The translations under genes and the position numbers were made by a program. A DNA stretch of 64,000 bases, from NCBI GenBank assembly GCA_039030515.1, contig JBCCEA010000009.1:68534-132533 (forward strand), read 5' to 3'. Below, piece by piece: positions 57,782 through 64,000 of this stretch. This DNA is from Myxococcota bacterium. Its GTDB lineage: Bacteria > Myxococcota_A > Polyangia > Polyangiales > Houyiibacteriaceae. The number at the start of each line of letters is the position of its first letter. Positions within the stretch are counted from its first letter, which is position 1. The notes below the pieces were generated by a model. The model searched no databases. It saw only the letters and a program-made list of their open reading frames with translations, and had not been told where the DNA came from.

Positions 57782-59425
57782 ATGGAGGACCTGTTTGAAG
57801 CAGTATCGGAGACGACGGGGACCACCCAGCTTGATCGGGCGCCAACATACAAAGGCCCGTTTCCGGGGGAGGTGCTGGGTGGGCGCTATGAGCTCGATGA
57901 TTTCTTAGCGGACGATCCGTTCTCCAATAAATATCGGTCATTCGACCGAGTGACTGGGGAGTGGGTAGTGGTTCGAGTGGTGCGCAGTGCACTGGTCCCA
58001 ACGGAGAGCGACCGAAAGCGCTTTCTTAGACACCTGCAACCCGCAGTAGGCATCGGCGGAGCGCGTTTACTCGGACTGCGCGATGCCGGTCGAGAACATC
58101 GGAGGGTCTACACGGTCGAGCCCATGCCTTCTGGAATCCCTCTCGATCGCATCCTGCAGGTCCACACGCCGCATCCCAGAGTGCTGTCCACCCAAGAACT
58201 CTTGCCGATCCTCGAGGGGATTGACGCCGCACTTAAAGCGATTCCGCATCCGTTGCAGCACGGGGATATTCGACCAGAGAACATTTGGGTCGACGGTGCG
58301 AGCACCGCGGTGGCAGGCGCTTTTCTGGTGCCGGCACTACCCTCTCGAGCGATACGGCAAGCGATCTCCGCAGCCAACTCCAAGGCGTTTCGGTGTGCTC
58401 CCGAGACGTTGCAGGGTCATCCCATCCCCGCATCCGATCTATTTGCTACGGCAAGCTTGATATTCCAATCGCTTACCGGCTCATCTCCTACGCGCTTGGG
58501 GCTCTCTTCGAACGAGCCCGAGATCGGCTATGTAGAAGCCGCCCTATCCCCTCTGCTGCACCGCAATCCTGAAGCAAGGCCGACTAGCTTAGATGCTCTG
58601 GTCGGGATGCTTGCACGACAAGCAGGGCCCTCAACCTCTGGTCGGACCTCACACTCTTTGGATGCTCCATCAGAAAAGCATCGGCGAGTCAGCACGAGTG
58701 CACACGTCGCTTTACAGAGTGCTCAGGCCCAGAGTGAAGAGTCTGCCGCCACACTCGATGAAGTGGAGTTCCGGGCGGACCCACGACGCGATCACGTCAA
58801 GACCACCAGTCCAGCTTTAGGCAACGCGCGACCCATCGTGGGTGCAGGGCCAGAAAGCACCCGACAGCTCTCGATCGAAGAGCTCGAGGCGATGCAGATC
58901 GAATACCAACAGTCGAAAAACCGAACGCCGTCAGACCATCGGCAGGCCCGACAAAAGCACTCAAAGCATGTAGACCTAGGAAGCGCCTCCTCGTCAAGGA
59001 ATGCCGCGCGAAACACTACTCAAGGCAGACACGATTCACTTGCTCGAGCGGTGCAAGAAACCGAGCCGAGGCTTCGGACGATTCGAAAGCAACCTCGGGT
59101 ACGCGAGGCACCAAAGAGTCAAAGGTTGCGTGGGCGCCCGCGGTCCAGGAGGTCAGAGCGTGACAAAGCGCTGAGAAGCATATCCTTCCTTACTCCCAGA
59201 TACTGGAACACCCGGCTTAACAAGAACGCTACCTTGGTCGTCGGTTCGATCGTCTTAGGGCTCGTCATAGTGTCAGCGAGTTTGTGGTTCGTCAGGCACC
59301 AGAGAGAAACCTATCGCATCGAGCGAGAGCAGCGGATCGAGCAGCGGATCGAGCAGCTGAGACGAACGGAACCGGGCCTTTTGAGTGAGGATGAACGGCC
59401 AGGTTCCGCTGGTCTCACCCCTTAG
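57782..59425 (+). CDS. Ser/Thr pseudokinase with C-terminal TM
   Basis: GGRYEL, HGDIRPENI, APE, SDLFA present; Gly loop, VAIK Lys and DFG degenerate. Confidence 0.7.
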   Translation: MEDLFEAVSETTGTTQLDRAPTYKGPFPGEVLGGRYELDDFLADDPFSNKYRSFDRVTGEWVVVRVVRSALVPTESDRKRFLRHLQPAVGIGGARLLGLRDAGREHRRVYTVEPMPSGIPLDRILQVHTPHPRVLSTQELLPILEGIDAALKAIPHPLQHGDIRPENIWVDGASTAVAGAFLVPALPSRAIRQAISAANSKAFRCAPETLQGHPIPASDLFATASLIFQSLTGSSPTRLGLSSNEPEIGYVEAALSPLLHRNPEARPTSLDALVGMLARQAGPSTSGRTSHSLDAPSEKHRRVSTSAHVALQSAQAQSEESAATLDEVEFRADPRRDHVKTTSPALGNARPIVGAGPESTRQLSIEELEAMQIEYQQSKNRTPSDHRQARQKHSKHVDLGSASSSRNAARNTTQGRHDSLARAVQETEPRLRTIRKQPRVREAPKSQRLRGRPRSRRSERDKALRSISFLTPRYWNTRLNKNATLVVGSIVLGLVIVSASLWFVRHQRETYRIEREQRIEQRIEQLRRTEPGLLSEDERPGSAGLTP

Positions 59426-59506
59426 AGCTATCTTGTCTCTCAGGCTGGCGTTGCTCCTTTGGACACTGCACCAACTTTTCGGACACTGCATCGCACGCAG
59501 CGTACT

Positions 59507-59848
59507 TTAAGACGACTCCGTCATTCCCTCGTCGATGAGTTTTGCGATCGTCTTCTTCTCCGCGGCGCCGACATGCCTCGATACGACAACTCCGCCGGAA
59601 AAAACACATAGAGTAGGCACGCCGCGCACATCGTACTTCTGCGCCAGACCTGGGCTTTCATCGATGTCGAGCTTGGCCACCTTCGCGCGGTCTTGATACT
59701 CATTTGCAAGCTCGTCTATCGCCGGAGCGATCATCTTGCACGGACCACACCAGGTCGCCGTAAAGTCGACCAGCACCGGAACGCTAGACTTTAGAACCGT
59801 GTCTTCGAAATTGAGCTCATTGACTTGGAGGGTGTGTTCTGAGGACAT
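59507..59848 (-). CDS. trxA: Thioredoxin
   Basis: VDFTATWCGPCK, VRGVPTL. Confidence 0.95.
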   Translation of the reverse strand: MSSEHTLQVNELNFEDTVLKSSVPVLVDFTATWCGPCKMIAPAIDELANEYQDRAKVAKLDIDESPGLAQKYDVRGVPTLCVFSGGVVVSRHVGAAEKKTIAKLIDEGMTESS

Positions 59849-59933
59849 TTCCTACTCCCGATATCGATAAATAGTTTTCGCAAGGGTTCCATCTCGAACA
59901 GATGGAACAAGCGACTGTGTGCGTCTACGGTGT

Positions 59934-59962
59934 TGTGTAAGAACCATCTGCACAGCTGTCAA
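59934..59962 (-). promoter_or_regulatory. Possible sigma70 promoter for trxA
   Basis: TTGACA-N17-TACACA. Confidence 0.4.
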
Positions 59963-60012
59963 TGGCTCTGAGGTCCGCAGCATGGTACCGTTGGCATTCC
60001 GGTGGGGGGCCA

Positions 60013-60516
60013 ATGGTGAGCGCGAACCGCATGTTTTTGTCGCAAGATGCTCTTGATGCTTGGCTATCGGAAGAGCGAGCCACCGTAAATCAAGACGTCA
60101 TGATGGTACAGGACGGGTTGCGATTGATCCTGAAGTCAGCAGTGCACTTCGTTGAGGAAGTGACCGGATCAGAGGACCTGAGCGGTCTGGTTGGCAAGGT
60201 CAAAGACGTGGACCAACTGGAGATTCTAGGCGCCGAACACTACGCCGATTCTGTAGTACTCGGGGACAACGCGTATCGAGTGGTCGAAGGATTCGTGGGC
60301 ACGCCGGCCTACGACCAGGATGTTTCTGCCGATGGAGCCCAAAGCGGCTTTCAGGCTCGTCAGATTTGCGGTAGCGAGTCCCGACACGATGACGGGGCGA
60401 GAGGCAGTGAGGTACCTGCTGGCACAGACCTACGATCAGCCGCTCAGGCAGCCCTCGGCGAAGTACCCAAAGACGAACTCGACATGATGGCTCAGTTCTT
60501 TCTCCGCTCCCGCTGA
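60013..60516 (+). CDS. Conserved hypothetical protein
   Basis: FLSQDALDAW..AVHF..LVGKVK..GAEHYADSVVLGDNAY.VVEGF pattern; plausible codon use. Confidence 0.65.
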   Translation: MVSANRMFLSQDALDAWLSEERATVNQDVMMVQDGLRLILKSAVHFVEEVTGSEDLSGLVGKVKDVDQLEILGAEHYADSVVLGDNAYRVVEGFVGTPAYDQDVSADGAQSGFQARQICGSESRHDDGARGSEVPAGTDLRSAAQAALGEVPKDELDMMAQFFLRSR

Positions 60517-60574
60517 GCGGAAGCGTCCGACCCAATCGGATGGAACACACCTCGAACACAGGGAGTAGCCAGCG

Positions 60575-61372
60575 ATGCTAGTTTCAAACCTGTTCCTGAT
60601 CACCGCCGCCTTGTACGCGACTTCCTGCAGCTTGTTCCTCGTACACCTCGCTAGGGGAACGGCACGCCTTGCGAGATGGGCGGTTCGTTTGCTGTGCGCC
60701 GCCACCGCTGCGCACCTAGGCTTCGCCTCTCTGGAACTCTACGTATCTGGTCTTAATCCAGTCGCAGACATCCACAGCTCTCTCGCACTCCTCTCACTGC
60801 TGATCGTTTGCGCCTTCCTACTTGCCTTACTACGCTACCGCATCACTGTACTCGGTGCGTTTCTCACCCCGCTGACGCTCCTGTTTTTTTTGGGAGCAGG
60901 ACTCGACCGCAGCGTCACGGAAGTCCCAGCCAACGTGAGGTCGGCTCTGCTTCCGGTACATATCGGCGTAAACATCCTTGGGGTGGTCGCCTTTGCGTTG
61001 GCCGCAGCCTCGGCGACAGCCTACGTGCTCCAGGAACGTATGCTTCGTCAAAAGAGATTGGGGGGATTATTTGAACGATTGCCGTCACTAGACGTGCTCG
61101 ATTCCCTTGGCTTTCGACTGGTTCTCACCGGCTTCCCTCTGCTCACGGTCGGGCTTATCACCGGAACGATTTGGGTGGTCCAAAGTGAATCGATCAATCT
61201 GAACGCCACCCAGGGATTTGCGGTCATGGCGTGGTTGATGTTCGCCGCAGTGCTTCTCTTGCGAATCGCTGTTGGTTGGCGGGGTCGGCGCGCTGCGATC
61301 GGCACGATTCTGGGCTTCTTGTGCGCGATGCTCGTGCTGGCCGGCTACTTGCTGCGATCTGGAGGCCTCTGA
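60575..61372 (+). CDS. ccsA: Cytochrome c assembly / HemX-like membrane protein (CcsA family)
   Basis: Multiple TM helices; LQERMLR.K, LPSLDVLD, GFPLLT.G..TG..W, GWRGRR. Confidence 0.85.
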   Translation: MLVSNLFLITAALYATSCSLFLVHLARGTARLARWAVRLLCAATAAHLGFASLELYVSGLNPVADIHSSLALLSLLIVCAFLLALLRYRITVLGAFLTPLTLLFFLGAGLDRSVTEVPANVRSALLPVHIGVNILGVVAFALAAASATAYVLQERMLRQKRLGGLFERLPSLDVLDSLGFRLVLTGFPLLTVGLITGTIWVVQSESINLNATQGFAVMAWLMFAAVLLLRIAVGWRGRRAAIGTILGFLCAMLVLAGYLLRSGGL

Positions 61373-61374
61373 AC

Positions 61375-62721
61375 GTGGTCGAACTCTTCGTGGTCGGGCT
61401 GAGTCATCAAACAGCGCCTCTAGAGGTTCGCGAACGGTTGTCCATCGGAGCAGATCGCCTTTCTTGGGAACTGGAGCGGGTCAGAAAGGTCACGGCAGTG
61501 CGAGAGGCGATGCTCATCTCTACCTGCAACCGAGTTGAACTCTATGCCACCGCAGAGAACCTGTACTCCGCAGCCGAGCACGCTCGGTCCTACCTGGCTG
61601 AGCGGGCCCAGGGACTCTTCACCGAGGAGATGCTGTACTTAAAGCGGGGAAAGGAAGCCATACGACATGCCTTCCGAGTCGCGGCTAGCCTGGATTCGAT
61701 GGTGGTCGGAGAGCCTCAAATCCTAGGTCAGTTCAAGGAAGCGTTCGATGCAGCCGAAGCAACCGGCTCGATAGGAGTCTTACTCGATCGGTGCATCACC
61801 CGAGCGTTTTCGGTCGCTAAGAAAATCCGGACCGAGACCTCGATCGCAGCAGGCTCAGTCAACGTAAGCTCGATCGCTTGCGACTTAGCCCGAAAAATCT
61901 TTGGGGATCTCCGCGGACGACGTGCGCTTCTACTCGGAGCTGGCGATATGGGAGAAGCGGCCGCAAAAAGCTTGGCCAGCACTGGAGCACACCTCACGAT
62001 CATCAATAGGAGCTCCGAAAAAGCCCGTAGCCTTGCCGTATCCTGCGGGGGCGAACCAAAAGGTTACGAGCAACTGGCCTCGGAGCTTGTCAACGCCGAC
62101 GTCGTGATCACTTCGACCTCGAGCAGTCAGCACGTGATCACAGCAGACCTGATGAACGACGTGAGCCGAGCTCGGCGACACCGTCGACTGTTCTTGATCG
62201 ACATCGCAGTTCCACGCGATATCGATCCAAAGGTGAGCGAAATGGAGAGCGTGTTCCTGTACGACGTGGACGATCTCCAGCAGCTTGCTGCGGAGAATCT
62301 CGCTGCCCGAAAACAGGCTGCTGAAAAAGCCGAGGCGATGGTGCTCTCAGAGGTCGATCTCTTCGAAGAGTGGCGCCAGTCCCTTGCGCTCACGCCAACG
62401 ATCGTCGCGCTGCGAAACCAATTTCAGTATGTGGTGCAGGCCGAATTAGAGCGCACGCTGCCCAAGCTGCCCGAGTTAAGTCACAAACAACGCAATGCAC
62501 TTCACAAGATGTGCGAGGCCATGGTGAATAAGTTGCTGCACAGCCCTCTAACTCGACTGAAAGACAGCGGAGCACATCGCGATGGTGCACGTCTCGTCCA
62601 CGCCACTCAGGAACTCTTTGAATTGAGAGGCGAGACGGGCTTGACCTCTTCCCCAGAAACCGAAGTCACATCAGAAGAATCCCCAGCACTGACCACAGCG
62701 AAAAGCGGAGAGTCCTCTTGA
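61375..62721 (+). CDS. hemA: Glutamyl-tRNA reductase
   Basis: GLSHQTAP..RE, STCNRVE, SLDSMVVGEPQILGQ, GAGDM, DIAVPRD. Confidence 0.96.
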   Translation: MVELFVVGLSHQTAPLEVRERLSIGADRLSWELERVRKVTAVREAMLISTCNRVELYATAENLYSAAEHARSYLAERAQGLFTEEMLYLKRGKEAIRHAFRVAASLDSMVVGEPQILGQFKEAFDAAEATGSIGVLLDRCITRAFSVAKKIRTETSIAAGSVNVSSIACDLARKIFGDLRGRRALLLGAGDMGEAAAKSLASTGAHLTIINRSSEKARSLAVSCGGEPKGYEQLASELVNADVVITSTSSSQHVITADLMNDVSRARRHRRLFLIDIAVPRDIDPKVSEMESVFLYDVDDLQQLAAENLAARKQAAEKAEAMVLSEVDLFEEWRQSLALTPTIVALRNQFQYVVQAELERTLPKLPELSHKQRNALHKMCEAMVNKLLHSPLTRLKDSGAHRDGARLVHATQELFELRGETGLTSSPETEVTSEESPALTTAKSGESS

Positions 62722-63737
62722 AAATCCGAATCGCAACGCGAAAAAGCACGCTCGCGCGCACCCAAACACGCTGGGTGGCCGATCGATTGGCCGATAGTTT
62801 TCCCGGCATCGAGGTGGAAGAGGTCCTCGTCATGACCGCCGGAGACAAAGTCACCGACCGGCCACTTCAGGAACTCGGCGGAAAGGCGCTGTTCGTCAAC
62901 GAGGTAGAGCAAGTACTCATCCGTGGAGAGGCCGACTTCGCGGTCCACTCGATGAAGGATATTCCGGGCGACACACCTCTTGCAGAGGGCATGAAGATCC
63001 TTTGCGTGCCAAAGCGGGAGGAGCCCTTCGACGTGCTCGTAACCGAGGAGGGAAGCAGATTCGATTCTCTCCCGCCGGGTGCTCGAGTGGGCACCACCTC
63101 ACTCCGTCGGTCCTGTCAGTTGAAGGCACGAAGACCAGACGTTTCGTTCTCGACGCTGCGGGGAAACGTCGATACCCGACTCAAGAAACTGCATGAAGGC
63201 GCCTATGCCGCGGTGGTACTTGCGGCAGCTGGCCTAAAACGTCTGGGACTTTATCCGTCAAACTCCATGTGGGTGATACCGCCAGAGCTCTGCCTTCCGG
63301 CGGTGGGTCAAGGCGCACTGGCCATCGAAGGCCGAGCGGACGACGAGCAGCTCAAAGCGCTTCTGGATCCTCTAGAGGATAAAAAAAGTCGAATCGAGAC
63401 AGACGCCGAGCGCGCCATGCTCCGAGAACTGGAGGGCAACTGCCGCGTGCCGATCGCTGGCTTCGCTAGGTACGACGAGACTGCGTCGATGCTTTCGCTA
63501 GAGGGGATGGTTGGGTCAAGCGATGGAACCCAGATACTTTCAGCCGGGAGTGAGGTGTATCTTAAGGGTAGCGATCTACGAAAAGAAGCACGCTCACTGG
63601 GTGAGGAAGTAGCGCGCAATCTGAAGGCCAGGGGAGCGAGCGCCCTGATCCAAAAAGCCTATGTTGCTGCAGCCGAGCAGCGTCAGAGCAACGGAGGAGG
63701 CAATCGAGACCCGTTCAAGTGGATCGGCTACAAGTAG
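62718..63737 (+). CDS. hemC: Hydroxymethylbilane synthase
   Basis: ATRKSTLA, AVHSMKD, GTTSLRR, RGNVDTRL, PAVGQG, LEGNCRVP. Confidence 0.96.
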   Translation: MKIRIATRKSTLARTQTRWVADRLADSFPGIEVEEVLVMTAGDKVTDRPLQELGGKALFVNEVEQVLIRGEADFAVHSMKDIPGDTPLAEGMKILCVPKREEPFDVLVTEEGSRFDSLPPGARVGTTSLRRSCQLKARRPDVSFSTLRGNVDTRLKKLHEGAYAAVVLAAAGLKRLGLYPSNSMWVIPPELCLPAVGQGALAIEGRADDEQLKALLDPLEDKKSRIETDAERAMLRELEGNCRVPIAGFARYDETASMLSLEGMVGSSDGTQILSAGSEVYLKGSDLRKEARSLGEEVARNLKARGASALIQKAYVAAAEQRQSNGGGNRDPFKWIGYK

Positions 63738-63759
63738 AAGCAGTCCGGTTAGCACCGCT

Positions 63760-64000
63760 CCAGCGGGCCTATGTCGGCCCAAACAGCTGCTTGCCTCCCA
63801 TGCTCGTCGCTTGAAGTAGCCAAACTACTCCTGCGCTCCTGTGCTTCCGGGGCGCTCGCTGTTTCGACCAACCTAGGCCCCCTGGGCCGTGGTTGCTGAG
63901 TCGGCCCAAACAGCTGCTTGCCTCCCATGCTCGTCGCTTGAAGTAGCCAAACTACTCCTGCGCTCCTGTGCTTCCGGGGCGCTCGCTGTTTCGACCAACC
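63760..64000. repeat. Extragenic hairpin element in tandem (127-bp period), truncated by window end
   Basis: 63773-63873 is identical to 63900-64000. Inverted arms at 63760-63787 and 63858-63885. Core is 61/68 identical to 7665-7732. Confidence 0.9.

Noticed and set aside
63773..64000. 127-bp-period repeat as CRISPR or integron attC array
   Set aside because: The repeat is 101 bp, the 26-bp gap is part of the hairpin arm, I found no convincing RYYYAAC/GTTRRRY ends, and there are no cassette ORFs or integrase.

Overview
A 64-kb chromosomal segment, most likely from a myxobacterium (Myxococcota, Polyangia-like). This is inferred from gene content: FHA-sigma54 activator, PEGA/TPR proteins, Ser/Thr kinases and many Cys-rich lipoproteins. 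Housekeeping genes include rsmB, tRNA-Pro(CGG), murI, coaX, rpsO-pnp-dut, trxA and ccsA-hemA-hemC. They are interleaved with signalling genes and two surface-protein clusters: an FG-GAP / TraB-like OmpA / IgGFc-binding operon, and a giant Ca-repeat lipoprotein followed by a TPR-kinase-PEGA-lipoprotein-FHA module. I saw no CRISPR array, transposase, integrase or prophage. Three signals are most unusual. (1) A ~126-bp extragenic hairpin element at 7.6 kb and 63.8 kb has a conserved 68-bp core and arms that differ in sequence between loci but stay complementary; at both loci the core recurs at a 127-bp period. (2) An orphan, A/T-richer 558-aa gene carries an NLS-like stretch, two IQ-like calmodulin-binding motifs and a RelE-like C-terminal domain, making it a candidate eukaryote-activated toxin. 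(3) A 93-aa mini sigma54 activator fuses the GAFTGA loop directly to the HTH. All product calls come from motif recognition by eye; no database searches were run.
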